From positions 620,001 through 684,000 of the forward strand of contig MU054132.1 in assembly GCA_013239625.1 (NCBI GenBank): a DNA stretch of 64,000 nucleotides, given 5' to 3'. The notes beneath the pieces are model-generated. The model was not told where the DNA came from, made no database searches, and was given only the letters and a program-made list of their open reading frames with translations. Source of the DNA: Lama guanicoe (Eukaryota). Both the position numbers and the translations under genes were made by a program. Positions 38,799 through 53,029 of this stretch are shown piece after piece; position 1 is the stretch's first letter, and each line of letters starts with the position of its first letter.

Positions 38799-41700
38799 GT
38801 ATTCTGGACGCACACACACTGGCATCTGGGGAGCGCTATGCTAGACAAGCAGGACTCATAATAAAGTAGACACAAGCTCTGGCCTGGGAGTTTCCTGCAG
38901 CCGGGCTGACCACCGCCAGTACATCCCGGGAGCCGGCCCCCATCTGCTTAAGAGTAAAACCCCTGCCTTGTCATTTGAAGAACTTGGGGAGATGAGACAC
39001 AGACATGTGGAAGTTGTACTGTTCTTTAAATGCCAGATAAAGAAGGAAAGAATGTTTTGTGGAAGATGTGAGGAGGGAGAGAAACTGGACCAGAACATCT
39101 GGGAGATTTCAGGGAAGCGGTAGGATCAAAGTTGAAACTTGAAGAATAAGGAGGATTTAATTTTATTAGTCACAAAGGGAAATGCAAGGTGTTTCTCTTT
39201 ATACTTCTTTCCCCCAGGATCCCTGCCCCACATGTGCTTTCACTGCCAGGGAGTATGTGCAACAGCGCAGTGCACCACACACTGCCCAGGCCTAAGCACA
39301 CAGCTGTCTGTGAGGTGGACCAAGTTTATGTCTCTTAACACCTTCCAGCCGCCTGACTCCTCCATCACTTGCCTGTTCACGTTCCCGAATAAGTTGTGAG
39401 ACTAGAGAATGTACACATAGTGCTGCTATTTAGCCTTCTTAGTGCTCAAGTGACGTGGCGTCCTCCCTTCCATCCACCGGGTGTGGAGTATTGACATGGT
39501 TGGGTCGTGGGAGCTTCGAAGAGAGGGCGTTTAACTGGACAAGTTGCTCTGTTCTGCCCTCAGGGCGCATCAGTGGTTTCAGATGCCTCTGACATTTCTC
39601 TTCCAAGACTGACGGAGGAGAGGAAAGCAGCCTTGGGCCCCCTACCCCTTTGACCAGAATAGCTCTGCATTTATCCCTTTTACATATTGAGCTTCTTTGA
39701 CACGTGCCAAACTTTAGGGGGAAAAAGTTAAAAAAAAAAACACTGGACCAGTTGCTCTTTAAGAGCCTTTCTGCTTTGTAATCCTGTGATCTGAGTATTT
39801 GCCTTACAGACCCATTTGTCTGGCCATGCTTTGGATTTTCTACTTGTAAGATCACGTGACCACCATTTAAGACAAGATCAAGTAACTGCACTTGGTGAGG
39901 AAGAAGAGTCCTGTTTCAGTGTGGACGTCCTTTGTCACACAAAAGTGTCACGGCCATGCTACACATGGTCCGTGTTCAGTAGGGTTTGTGGGTGGCTTTG
40001 AACTGGGAGGAATCCACCTTTGTACCAGTAAGATTGACAAAGGGCCAGAGTAGGTTCGTTTTGGAAGAAAAAAATAGGTGTGTAAGATCTGCCCCTCCCG
40101 AAGCCGTAAACAAACGTTCTCATGGTTCCTTCTTCCCACCATGTCCGCCTCCACTTGCTCCTTGGATACTCTGCAGCTTTCTGTGGCCTCGAATGACTTG
40201 CTGCGCCATATTCCCCACCAGCAGGGCTTTTTGTTGCTTTGACAGCAGTCATTTGTTTTTCTTGGCATGTCTGCTCTGAGCCACTTGCTCGCTGTGATGT
40301 CACAGGGTTTGGAGGTTAGTCTGGGTGGAGGCTCTGGGTATCCCTCCCCCTCACTGTGGTTAATGCCCTGTTACTAATAGAGTGGACCCAGCTCCATTTC
40401 ATCCACTTTAAATTACCAGCTACCTTGACATGTTCTTAGTCACTTCTGTCCTGACGTCCCACATGCCGTACTGCCAGTTGGTGACAGCCTCCTTTCCACT
40501 GTCGTCCCCTCCTCTCCTCCAGTCTTCCAGGATGCTTCTGTGGAGCATCCCCGCTGGGCCGTCCCAGTCCTCACTGATGAGCCCTTATCTCTTCACACCG
40601 TCTTCCCCGTTTCATTCACAGTTAATCTCACACAGTTCACTGGCACCTCTCAGTTCTTTCTCACATCTTTGTTGAACTCCTGAATTGTTACTTGTGTCCA
40701 CCTCTGGAAGGATAGTGACATGTCTAGTGATTTGTGACCTTCCCACAGCCCTCTCCCAGGGTAAGTCCTTTTCCTCTTTCAGGCTGGTTCAGGGACATGA
40801 CGTGGACCACTTTGATTTGCTCTATACATTCGAAAAATGGCAGTAAAGCCTGGTATATTTTTGTTTTCCTGTTTGCTAGATACCCAGATTCATTTTAATA
40901 TTCTCCAGTATCAGGTTTGAAAACAGTGAGTTGGGCAGCTTGGCACTTATGTTTAATATTTCATGAGGCCTTGGGTAGAATAGAAGATGGCATGATTACA
41001 CCAGACCCCTGAGTCTTTGATGCTAGGAAATCTTGGCATGGCAAACAGCCTAGGGGTTGGGCCTGTCTCACTGAAATCCAAGGCATTCGCCTCTCTGGGC
41101 CACCCTAAGAAGAGCCCAGCCTCCCTGAGCCACAGCTACTCACCGGTACAGAGATGTGGTGATGCTTCCTGCAGGATGTGGAGAGGGTGGAAAATGGCGC
41201 ATATAGAGCGCCTGATGTGTGTAGTAAGTGCGCAGCAAGCAGAAGCTGTTGCCTCACCTTCTGAGACAAATTAAGGGACATGCAGGGCCAAGTGTATAAT
41301 GAAAAGATGTCTATCAGACTTTATAGTGAGATGAGAGGGAAGATCATCGGGTAACACAAACATATGTTGAGGACTTCTTACATACAAAGCACCACTCTGA
41401 ACACCATCAGGGTCACACTGATGGAGACCCCTGTTTTTGGGGAGGTCTCCATTTGTTAAGAGGTGGTGGGTCGATTCTCAGTACCCCGTGGGCAGGAGCC
41501 TTGGCTAGCTCAGCTCTCTAAACCTGGTGCCTGGGCCAGCATGCCTCTGGAGGGCCTGATGAAAATCTGCTGAACAAATGGATGACTGCCAGGGGCTGCA
41601 GTAAAGGAGCGGCTCCAAAAGTGTGGGGTTGGGAGAGTGATTATTGCTGGGGCATCCCCCATGAATCTTGAAGGAGGAGAGAGGAGAATTTGACCTGGGC

Positions 41701-41967
41701 CTTAAGGGTAAATCAGACCCTGATCCCAGCAGGGTGGAAGATGAGCATGTGAGACAGATCTGGGACTGAGGCGGGAGGGGTAGGAGGCCAGAGGAACCGC
41801 AGGGCAACTCCTTTCCCCTCAATTTTACACGCTTCTTAGTCGTACACCTGGGATATAGGTGTGTACTAGAAAGAGGCAGTTGGGGGCTAGGTTTACTTCT
41901 CAGTGAGCATGAGCAGTTGCCCCGGGAGGTCTGAGGCCCATGGGGTTGACAGCCCTGTCTGTTCCAG

Positions 41968-42072
41968 TGCCATGGGGACGGTCGTGCTGGACGGGCAGAT
42001 CTACGTCTGCGGGGGCTATGATGGCAACTCTTCCCTCAACTCCGTGGAGACCTACTCACCTGAGACAGACAA
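41968..42072 (+). CDS. KLHL18: KLHL18 coding exon 8 ([36 protein letters not shown])
   Basis: Acceptor gttccag|T and donor AA|gtaagg; 105 nt, phase 2 to 2; kelch GG motif. Confidence 0.95.
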
Positions 42073-43677
42073 GTAAGGACTCCAGTTCCCCCGGGGCAAC
42101 TGGAGCTTGCTAAATAGACTATAAAAATTCAGAACTGCAGTCTTAATCACTCTGCTCCAGGGTAGGGCCTATCTCACCTATTTAGCTCCTATAGTACCTT
42201 GCATATAGTAGGTACTACAATTAATAATCTTTGGCTCAGTGAGTGAATGATTAAATAAATTTTAAAAACAAATAGACTGCGTAGATACTTGGAAGCATTT
42301 ATTAGTGCTTGTACTTCTTAACTAAATCAGCCCATTTTAATGGAAATGCAGGTGAAAGGGGATGAGAAATAGATGATCAGCACTTTCCAAAGTGAGTAGG
42401 ATATGATTCTGGGGGAAAAAAGTTACCTGGCAGATTGTCATAGAGGCTTGGGAATCACTGATGTCTGTAACACCAGAAACCTCACCTTTCCATAATACAT
42501 ATTAGCATTTTAAAGACTAAAATATTCTGCAGTGAAGAAACCTTTTTAACTGCATTTTACTACCATCTATCACTGCCTTGTGGAATTATTTTGCAAACAC
42601 CCTTTCGAAAACACTGGCAAGGTGAGCCCAAGTTTTTCATTTCAGCATTTGAATCTTCTCTGCTATTTAACAATGTAAGCACACTAGTAGAATGGATTCA
42701 TCATTATGCTTTTAAGCCAATCCAATATTCCACTCACTTAACCAATTTATTATATATCAGGCAGCAAGCAGGGTGTCTTAAGATCCTTAAGTAGCACCCA
42801 GTCTGCTGGGACCATGGCACATTGTGAGCGTCCCCCCCAGGAGGCCTGTGTTTGGAGCTCTTGGGCACAGAGTGGGGAGGGCTTTCATCTTCCTCGTAGC
42901 TGGAGGGAGAGTCAGGTTGCAGAGAAGTCTGAGGGGAGACCTGTCCTGGGTAGTGGGAGATGCCCATCCCAGGCGGGAGACAGCGGGAAGAGAGGGTTGG
43001 AGATGAGAATGTGCTCGGTCTGGCTGAGGAGCAGGCGTGGGTGGCGTGTGGCAGGAGGTGAAGCTGGAAGGTAGATGAGGACCACGTGGTAAAGAACCAC
43101 ATTAAGGAACTTGGAAATCTGCCTGAGAGAAAACAGTGAGGAGGCACTGGAGGACGTGCTGTGCAGGGTTGAGATGGGAATGATCTGAAAGCCATGCCAC
43201 CTGTGAGGGGGCTATTGAGGTGTCCAGGTGAGAGGCCAGAGCCAGGGCAGCAGTGGTGTGATGAGGACAAGCAGTGACTACGAGGCAAACAAGAGGGAAC
43301 TTGGTGACCACAAGAATGTTGAGGATGATGGAGAAGAGGCCATAAAACCACCGGAATTCTAAGTATAGCAAGTGGCTAGCTGGTGGTCCCATTAACAAGA
43401 CCAGGGAGTGTGAGGGAGGAACAGATCTATAAGAGAGACCTTGTTTGGAACATGCTGGTTTTGAGTGCCAGCAGAGATGATTGGCTGTGGGCCTGAAGCT
43501 TAGGCGAGAGGCAGCCAGAGTGAGCCATCTGCAGAGGTGGTGGGAGAGTTGATAAGTGGGAAGATTGTCCAGGGTGAGACAGCATGGCATAGTTCTCCTG
43601 AACCATTCTAAGCTGTCTCGGGGGGACAGGAACATGGAATCTCACGGCTCCCCTTCTGCTTTGCCTCTTTCCTGAAG

Positions 43678-43789
43678 ATGGACAGTGGTGACCCCGATGA
43701 GCTCGAATCGCAGTGCTGCGGGGGTTGCAGTCTTCGAGGGCAGGATATACGTGTCCGGCGGCCACGATGGTTTGCAGATCTTCAACAGT
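43678..43789 (+). CDS. KLHL18: KLHL18 coding exon 9 ([37 protein letters not shown])
   Basis: Pyrimidine tract then gaag|A; donor AGT|gtgagt; 112 nt, phase 2 to 0. Confidence 0.95.
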
Positions 43790-44524
43790 GTGAGTCTAGG
43801 CTCCTCCTGGGCTAAGGGCACCTACCCCTTTCGTCTTTGAGAGTTATTTTGAAAGGCAGCTCTTTGGGAAAAAACCTCAGCCTTGCCATTGCTTAGGTAA
43901 AGCATCACCTAGAGTTCTCTGGCCACCTGTCACGTGCTCCGAAATTCTTCTAAGAATGGGAGCCAGTGTACAGAAAGGAAGTGGGTAGAGCGTGTCCATG
44001 TCACCCCCAGCCCCACCCTGTTCAATTCCCCATCAAATGCTTCATGAGACCTGGTAAAATTCCTGCCCCAAGTAAGCCCAATTGTATATGGAGTGTGAAT
44101 TTGCAAACAGTTGCATTCTTCTGGATAACTTGTTTGAAATTGGATTTATTCTTTAAACAAAACCTCAGCAGCCACTTAGTGGTCATTCCAGGGTCAGTCA
44201 GTGCTGTAGGGGAACACATTGCACAGATCTCAGGAGACCCCCACTGTCATCTTGGCTCTGTCACTACATAGCAGTACATCCTAGGGCAGCCCCTTAATTT
44301 GTTTCCTCAGTGGTAAACAACTAGTCAGGTTAGGCCATCTCTCACCTGTCCCTGTAAGCCTATGAGCAGGTGTGCAACTGAAGAAACCGGGCATCAGGGC
44401 CAAAGTGCAGACTGGCGGAGCTCATGGTCCCCAGGCCTCTCCTGGGGCCTGACACCATGTGGGCCGCCAGGGACTGAGCTTTGGCTCTGACTGTCCTGAA
44501 CCTTCGCCTCTCTCCCCACTGCAG

Positions 44525-44911
44525 GTGGAGCACTACAACCACCACACGGCCACCTGGCACCCCGCGGCTGGCATGCTCAACAAGCGCTGCCGGCACGGAG
44601 CCGCGTCCCTGGGAAGCAAGATGTTCGTCTGTGGGGGCTATGACGGCTCGGGCTTCCTCAGCATCGCTGAGGTGTACAGCTCTGTGGCGGACCAGTGGTG
44701 CCTGATAGTCCCCATGCTCACGCGCCGGAGCCGGGTCTCCCTGGTGGCCAGCTGCGGGCGCCTCTACGCCGTGGGAGGCTACGATGGACAGTCGAACCTG
44801 AGCTCAGTGGAGATGTACGACCCAGACACGGACCACTGGACGTTTATGGCCCCCATGGCCTGTCACGAGGGAGGGGTCGGTGTGGGCTGCATCCCTCTCC
44901 TCACCATCTAA
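44525..44911 (+). CDS. KLHL18: KLHL18 last coding exon ([11 protein letters not shown]...[10 protein letters not shown])
   Basis: Acceptor ccccactgcag|GTG; 387 nt ending in TAA; final kelch repeats. Exons 2-10 sum to 1611 nt, in frame. Confidence 0.97.
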   Translation: MEHYNHHTATWHPAAGMLNKRCRHGAASLGSKMFVCGGYDGSGFLSIAEVYSSVADQWCLIVPMLTRRSRVSLVASCGRLYAVGGYDGQSNLSSVEMYDPDTDHWTFMAPMACHEGGVGVGCIPLLTI

Positions 44912-47790
44912 GGCAGAAGGTGGGATGTGGTGGGGTAGGGATCTGGTACAAACCAGGCACTTCCTTCCAGGGGCAGTCCCCCTCGGGAGAGGTGGTGGAC
45001 CAGAAGACGGGATGAAATGTGAGCTCGCCAGAGGTACAGTTTTTCCAGGTGCTTAAGTCCTCCCTCACTGTGCGGCCCTTGTGGCCTCCAGACCTAGGTC
45101 ACCAAGATGTACAGAGTGGGACAGACGCCCCTCTGGGTCCCACAGCCGGTGACACAGGACTGCTTTGCTGGTCCACGCGTCCACAGGCTCCACCCAAGCC
45201 CAGCTCCCACCCGCCACAGCTCTGTAGGCCACCCACCTGCAGAAGACCTTCCATCTGACACTCCTCACCTGCTGCTCACCAGCTGTGTTGTGGCCAGTTT
45301 GCAATGGGATGGCTGCAGTGGCCAAGCCTGTTGGAATGTGTGGGGTGTGGCTGGGAAAGGAGGGCCACGGTCCAGGTGTCCTCACTGCCTGTGAGGCTGC
45401 AGCCACCACAGTGATGGCTGCACATGGCACCTCCTTCCCTCTGATGGCACCGAGGATTTTGTCCACATCGCTGAATAAGCAGGGAGAACAGAAGCTTTTC
45501 CTGTTTCTAATTTTGGGATTTCAATGAAGACTTTTTCATCTTGTTCAGGAGAAACAGAGGGAAAGAAAAAAAGATACTTGAAAGAAACTGAAGGAAAGTT
45601 AAATGAGGAAACACTTGAAAGAAACTGGAAAGAAAAATACTGTTTTTTAAAGTGAGCTTTTTTTTTTTTTTTTGCAAGAAGAAAACATAAAAGACACTAA
45701 AGGCAAATGTGTGTTTAAATGGAAAACCACCCAACCCATGAAGGGCGGTATCCGCTCCCATATTCGGATCCCAGGGTCCTGAGCCCCTGCATGGCACTCA
45801 GGGTTCCCTCTGAGACCCCGCGTGTCTGGAATCAGTGCACTCTCGACTAGTCCTGTAGCAAGGTGCTTGTGGGGTTTGTCTTCACACCCACTATCAGAGG
45901 ACTTTTTTAATCGTAGTCTTAGCGAGTTGGCTAAATTACTGCCACTCTTCTAGGTGGGAGCTCCCAGCTTGTTGCTGGAGGTTCCAGATGCCCCTGTGGT
46001 TACTCCCTCTGCCACCTCACCATAGCGCTCACTCAGATTTTCATCCCCCGCTTTCCTTCCTTCTGTATTTGACCAGCAGGAAACAGCAGATCTGGCCAGA
46101 TTCTTATTTGCCCATTTATCATTCTTAGATAGTTTTCCTCATCGTGATGCTTCTGAGGCACATTGACCATTTGTACCTCTAGAACCTAACCAGGGACTTG
46201 GTCCTTCCACCAGCCATGGGCTGGCTTGGTCCAGTAACCTCATCTACCCTGCCAGTCCACTATTCCTGTATCCACTCGCCAATTCCAGGGGTCTGGCTTC
46301 CCCTCCAGCCCTTGGCAGACCGACCAGCAAGGTGGACCTTTACATTCTAGCAAAGCTGGCTTTATGACATAAAGAACTAATAGCCGAAAGAATCTCTTGC
46401 TGCTGCAACGAACAGATTTTATATTTCTTCCTGTGATCTTAGCAAATGACCTCTTAAAGAGACTCCATGCTCCTCCTTCCTCCTCCCTGGATGGGACCTT
46501 GGTGAAGCACAGCAGAATCTGAACAGTAGGACACTTCTGTTACCAGTGCACTGGGCAGAGGGGCTGTCCTTCAACTGCTGCTGCCAAAATCTGGTTTTCT
46601 CAAGTTCTTCCAGTAGAGACTGAAAAAGGATATGATTCCAACGCAAGATTGGGTCTTAGGGTCCCCATCTCCACTTGGTTGGTCTCCTGCCAGTTGCTGC
46701 CTGCCTGCATGTCCTGGAAGGCTGAACAGAAAGGCACCACATGGCACCTGAGACGTCTCTCCCATCCTGGGACCAGGAGGTTTCCCAGTGTGTGCAATCG
46801 CCATGTTTCCAGAGGAAAGTACCTTTATTACCTGCCACTTAGGAGCTGGGTCTCTGCTGCAAGCACTTGAAAAGGGTATTTTTATTTTAAAAGACTTAGC
46901 AATCTGAATTTAGCCCGGGCTTGTGCTGGCGCTCTGCCACTTCTCCCTCCCTCTCAGTTTGCCTGCAGTGGTAGACTTGGAAGGAGGGTGAGGCCCATGT
47001 TTCCTGTTAGGAGTTATCAGTGCTCCTCGTCTTATCATAAGCCCCTTTCTCTTGTGAATTTGAAACAGCACCGAGGAGCCAAGGTTGTGAATGTGTTAAG
47101 AATCAGCAAGTGGGCCTCTCCAGGTCCTTAGGATGCTGACCCCGATTTCACCATTGGGGTTGAGAGATCATTTTCCCATGATCTGCTGCTCTTGTAGTGG
47201 CCTTCCTAAGTCCACTCCCACCTCCTGGTGTAGAAGTTACTCTGCTGCACCTGAGGTCAGTGTTTCCAAGTAAGGTGAAGCCAGCGATTTGATCTGGGCT
47301 CTGAGCACAAGTGAGCAAACACCAGCATGTTCACACTCTGCATTTGGTTCTTCCGTCTGATGGTGGTAACTGTTTACAAATGGCTGGTCTGGCCCTCTGA
47401 TGGTGGAGCCTTTCCAATATCAGCATGAAAAGAAGAGACATCAGCCAAGGATATTGTGAAATGGGTGTAGGACAGACATTGTGGACAGTGGGCCTCGGTC
47501 CAGCCCAGCTCTGAGCAGGGGACTGTGGCATTTGCTGTCCTTGGGTGTTTCCCCTTCTTGGGTAACACAGGGAGCCTTCTCTTCTGGGTTTCATCTGAGA
47601 AAAAAGCCAGGATAGGAGCTGAAGACCAGCTTTTTGATGTGGCCACAGAGATGTGAGTAGGTGGGAATTCTGATCCTCCCCTCCAATTTATTGTTTCCCA
47701 GAAAACCTTAATTCCTTTTATTTATAGAACGCATGTCTTTTGTGTTAAGAAACCAAAGAGAAATAAAGAGTACACTCCTAATATCTCCTT
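44912..47790 (+). other. KLHL18: KLHL18 3' UTR (~2.9 kb)
   Basis: Repeat-poor sequence from the stop codon to AATAAA at 47762; the 3' end position is inferred. Confidence 0.7.
47762..47767 (+). terminator. Polyadenylation signal AATAAA of KLHL18
   Basis: Canonical hexamer followed by a pyrimidine/T-rich downstream tract (47780-47812). Confidence 0.75.
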
Positions 47791-47972
47791 GCCCTTTACT
47801 GATTTTTTTTTAATATTAGAGGTAAATAATATTTTTATTATAAGTCAGTGAGAAAAAACCTGGACAATATGGAAAGATTACCGTGAAAATAAGAGAAGAG
47901 CCCAGCTGGATAGCAAAAGTCGTCTTTGAGGAGACGTATGAGTATTTTATTTTATAAGAATGGGTTCTGATC

Positions 47973-48110
47973 GGGGGAGGGATGTAGCTTGGTAGTAGAA
48001 TGCATGCCTAGCATGCACAGGGTCCTGAGTTCGATCTCCAGTACCTCCATTAAAAAAAATTTTTTTTAATAAATAAACCTAATTACCTCCCCGCAAAAAA
48101 CATACAAAAA
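47973..48110 (+). mobile_element. Vic-1-type SINE
   Basis: tRNA-like head and AATAAATAAACCTAATTACCTCCCC tail; degenerate TSD aagaa(t/c)gg(g/a)ttctg. Confidence 0.85.
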
Positions 48111-49809
48111 AAGAACGGATTCTGGTGAAAAATACGCAGAAGATTTCATGAGAAGCTTGCATATTTGCTACTGTCCAGATTACCGCTTCTCTTAGATTTC
48201 CCCCTTTCTGCAGTCACTGCTGTAAACCTCCATTGTTCCCCAGTGGAATGTAGCTGGCCTGTGACTGCCTGGAACCAAAACCCTCAGCTCCTTTTTTGTA
48301 TCGCAAGCTACATCTGTTTAACTTTGGTGTGCAGAAGTCACTGGAAATTTTTTTAAACCACAGATAACACTTGTAGACCCCTCCCCAGAGACTGATTTCC
48401 CAGGGCTGGAGTGTAGCTCAGGCCCTGGTGTGGGCAAGTTTCCATGGTGGTTCATAATGCTCATCCAAGTGTAAGAACCGGACTCCTGTGTTTAGTTTCC
48501 ACTTCCTCAGATACAGCCACATTCCGGATCTGCCTTCCTGCGATTGTTCCCTGTTTACCATGGTAGCAGATGTTAGGAAACTCTTCATTCATACTTTTCC
48601 AAAAATCACCTTATGGTTGGCCTCATCCGATGGGTAATGGTTACACTCTTGGATGGCAATTTTTTAAAAAAGTTTTTGGGCAAATACCCACCAGCACAGG
48701 TTTCACACGTGAACACTCTGTTGAGTCTCTCTTGGTATTCTCAGTAACCTCCCCGGAGTAGGTAGCATAGCTCATTTGAGCATAAAGAAATTGCCTCAGA
48801 AGGGCTAACTGATCTGCTTCATCAACTGGTAGTAGTATCAAGAATTGAGAGAAGATCTCTACTCTCACAGTCCAGTTTGCCTGAGGGGAGCAGTGTCTTC
48901 ATCCTCCGAAGCAGTTAATCCATCCAGCCTCCCAGCCAGCCTCACAATGTGGAGGTCTACTGCCCAGTACTGTGATGAGTCTTGGAGAAGCAGACTGGGC
49001 AGTGAGGGAGAGAAGGAACCATTTTTGGATTATGGAAATAAGCCCCTTTGTGTTGAAACAGAGGAAGTCAGATTATCTGCAGGCCCCGTGCTATGGGAGA
49101 AAGGTCAGATGCCTATAAAGTAATAACAGCCCTTTGCATGTAACCTATACACTCTTACTCAGAACCAAATAGCCCACGGGTGGAGAGTGGACTTGTGAGT
49201 TTTAGCTGGGCTCATCTGCTTGACTTTCCATCTCTTTGTTGTTCTTTGGACGCCTCTCCCCTCACAACTAGCAGCAGAGCCCACTCCTCTTCACCCCATA
49301 GATGAGCACTACTGGTTTTTACTGCTGCTCACAATAGCATTACCCACCCACCCCCAAAATGGCAAGGTAATCTCACTGTTCCCACAGAAATTATCCCAGG
49401 CTTATAGTTCCCTATTTCATCTCTAGTGATACACAAATCTTTTTCTCTTTAATGGAGCTCAGTTCCCTGTAATTCTCTTTTTCTGGATTTGCAGTTCAGG
49501 ATAAGAACCCAAACTACATAGCATGGCATAGAAGGCTGCTGTGGTCTGGCATCTCTGGTCGGCCTGGTAACCCTCCTCCGTGCTTGTCCCTGACTGTCCC
49601 ACCAGGGCGGTGGCCTGTTTGCTTGTCTTACTGGCTAGATGGTGGGCTCCTTGACTGTCTCCATTATTGGTGTACCAGCACCAGGCACACAGAAGAGACT
49701 CAACATGTAACGTTTCTTGAAGACCTTGAGGACAGTCAGGTACGTCCAAATTCAAAGGTCTCCTAATCTGCTTCCTAGTCTCCCTCTATTTTGCATCACT
49801 GTTTCTAAA

Positions 49810-52670
49810 ATAATTTTATTGAGGTATAATTTACATATCTTAACATTCACCTGTTATAAGTTGCAATTCAGTGCTTTATAGTAAATGTGGGAATTTGTGC
49901 AACCGTGACCACTATCCCATTTTAGAATATTTTCACCCACTATGTCCATAAAGTTCCCTCATGCCCATATGCAGTTAATCCCCATTCTCACCCCCATCCT
50001 TGGGCAACCACTGTTTTGCCTTCTGCCTCTATAGATTTGCCTGTTCTGGACATTTTGTATAAATGGAACCATACAATATGTGATCTTTTGTGTCCAACTT
50101 CTTGTTTTTGAAATTCATTCATGTTGTAGAATGTATCAGTAGTATGTTCCTTTTATTTTATTGTTTCTGCATAGTATTCCACTGTATGGATACTTTTGTT
50201 TATCCACTTTTTTACATCAATTGATGAATATTTAGATTGTTTCCAGTTTGGGACTATTATGAATAGTACTTCTATGATACACAAGTTTTTATGGACATAT
50301 ATTTTCATTCTTGGATAGATTCCAAGGAGTGGAATTGATGGGTCATATGGTAAGTTTATGTTTAACCTTTTAAGAAACTGACAATTTGCATTTCTGTAAC
50401 ATGAAATGCATGTTACATCATTTTATATGATTTTTGAGCATCTTTTCATGAGCTTGTTAGCCATTTGTATATCTGTAGTGAAATATCTACTCAAATCTTG
50501 CCCATTTTTAAATTGGGTCATACGTCTGAGTTATAAGAATCCTTTACATATTCTGGATACAAATCCTTTATCAGATACAATTTGCAATATTTTCTCCCAG
50601 TCTTTGGCTTGTCTTTTCATTTTCTTAATAGCATCTTTTTTTTCCTTAATTGCATCTTAATAGTGTTTTAGAAGTTTTTAGTTTTGATTAAGTTTAGTTT
50701 TATTAATTATTTCTTTAATGTATATATATGTATGTATGTATATATGTATTTATTTATTTATTTACTGAAATATGGTCAGTTTACAATGTTGTGTCAATGT
50801 CTGGTGTACAGCACCCAATATAGGAGCACCTAAATATGTAAAACAAACACTAACAGACATAAAAGGAGAAACTGATGGGACTACAATAATAGTAGGAGAC
50901 TTTAACACCCCACTATTTAACACCCCACTAACATCATTGGACAGGTCTTCCAGACAGAAAATCAATAAGGCAACAGAGATTCTAAATGACACAATAGAAC
51001 AGTTGGACTTGGTTGATATTTTTAGGACATTACATCCCCCCAAAATAGAATACACATTCTTTTTAAGAGCTCATGGAACATTCTCTAGAATTATTTCTTT
51101 TATGAATTGTACTTTTGATGTCATATCTTAAAAACTTTACTAAAGCCAAGGTCATGAAGAAATTGTTCTAAAAATTGTATGGATTTAGCTCTTGTATAGG
51201 TGTATGATCCATTCTGAGTTAATTTTTTTTAATTCATCTTTTTTTGTGTGCGTGGATATCGATTTGTTGTAAAGACTATCTCTTCCTGCATTGAATTGCT
51301 TTGGTATCTTTGTTGAGATCAGTTGACCATAAATATAAGGGTTTGTTTCTAGACACTCAGTTCTATTCCACTGATCTATATATGCCTGTCCATGAACCAA
51401 TACGACACTGATTGTATGGTATTGAGTTCTTCAGCTTTAGAGTAAGTCTTAAAATTGAATAATCTAAGTCCTCCAACTTGGTTCTTTATAAAAATTATTT
51501 TGAATATTTTAGGTACTTTGCATTCCTATATAACTTTTAATAGATTAGCTTGTCAATTTCTTCAAAAAGTTTTCTGAGTTTTTAATAGATACTGTTTTGA
51601 ATTTATAGATCAGTTTGGGAAGAATTACCATCCTGACAATACAGAGTCTTCCAATCCAAGAATATAGAATGTCTGTCATTTGTTTAGATCTTCCTTGATT
51701 TCTCTCAGCAATATTTTGCCATTTTTGTTGTGTAAGTCATGCACTTTTTTGTTAAAAATAATCCTCAAGTATTTTTATTCTGTATGCTGTTGTGGATGGA
51801 AATACTTGCTTAACTTTATCTTTGGGTTTTTTGCGGTGTTAGTATATAGAAATGCCATTGATTTTTGGCATTTTGATCTTGTATTCTGTGACCTTACTAA
51901 ATTCATTTATTTTATCTTTTAAAAAAATTTTTCCATATATGTATTACTTGGGATTTTCTGCGTACATAATATGTCATCTGTGAATGAAGACAGTTTACTT
52001 TTTTCTTTCCAATCTGGATGCCTTTAATTTTTTCCTGCTTTATTGCACTAGCTAGAACCTCCAGTACAGTGTTGTATAGAGTGGCAAAAGTGGACATTCT
52101 TGCCTTCTTCTCAGTCTTAGGGAAGAAGACATTTAGTCCTTAACCATTAAATATGTTAAGTGTGGGTTTTTCATCAGTGACCCTTTTTCAAGTTGAGGAA
52201 GTTTCATTCTGTTCTTACTTTGTTGAATTTTTGTCGTGACTGGGTATTAGATTTCATCAAATGCTTTTCCTGAATTCTATCGAAATGATTATGTGGTTTT
52301 TGTCCTTTAACCTGTTAATATGGCATATAAATAACAATTGATTTTCAAGATGTTGATCCAACATTGCATCCCTGTGATAAATCCCACTGTCATGGTGTAG
52401 AATCCTTTTCTTGTTGCTGGTTGGCTTACTGATATTTTGTTAAGTAATTTCTGCATCTGTGTTCACGAGAGCTATTTTGTTTTCTTTTCTTGTGCTATCT
52501 TTGGCTGGTGATACTGGTTTCACAGAATGAGTGAGGTGTTTCTTCTCTATTTGTGTAAGAGTTTGTGAAGGATTGGTGTTATTTTTAAAATAATTGATAG
52601 AATTCACCAGTGAAGCCATCTGGGCCTTCTATTTGAAGGAAGGTTTTAAATTTCTAATTCAGTTTTTTAA
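49810..52670 (-). mobile_element. Old L1M 3' UTR/ORF2 fossil with a nested inverted L1 (50717-51088)
   Basis: Degenerate ORF2 translations (51185..51400; 51912..52097 NTVLEVLASAIKQEKIKGIQIGK). Confidence 0.82.
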
Positions 52671-53029
52671 TTTGCCTGGGGGCCCCCTGAGGACAGGCAC
52701 CCATAGGAGATTCAGTAGATTGGATCCTTGTTATTGGGGAAATTCTTGCCCCATCAACAGGGATTGATACTACTGGAGTGGGCCTGGGCTGTATCCTTGC
52801 AAGCCCTTCACTTTCCTTCTCTCCCTTGTCTGGAGATGCTCACTTCTCCTTGTTTCAAAGATTATCTCTTTTCTCCAATCTGGTACTGCCTACCTTCACC
52901 TCTTTCTAACTTCCAAATATAAAGAGGCCCCAAAGCTCAGAATGAACTCTCCCTAGCTGTTGCTGCCCTTTCCCATACGTGAGGAAGGCATCTGGATTCT
53001 TATCTGTGGCCGGCACACATTCACATGTT

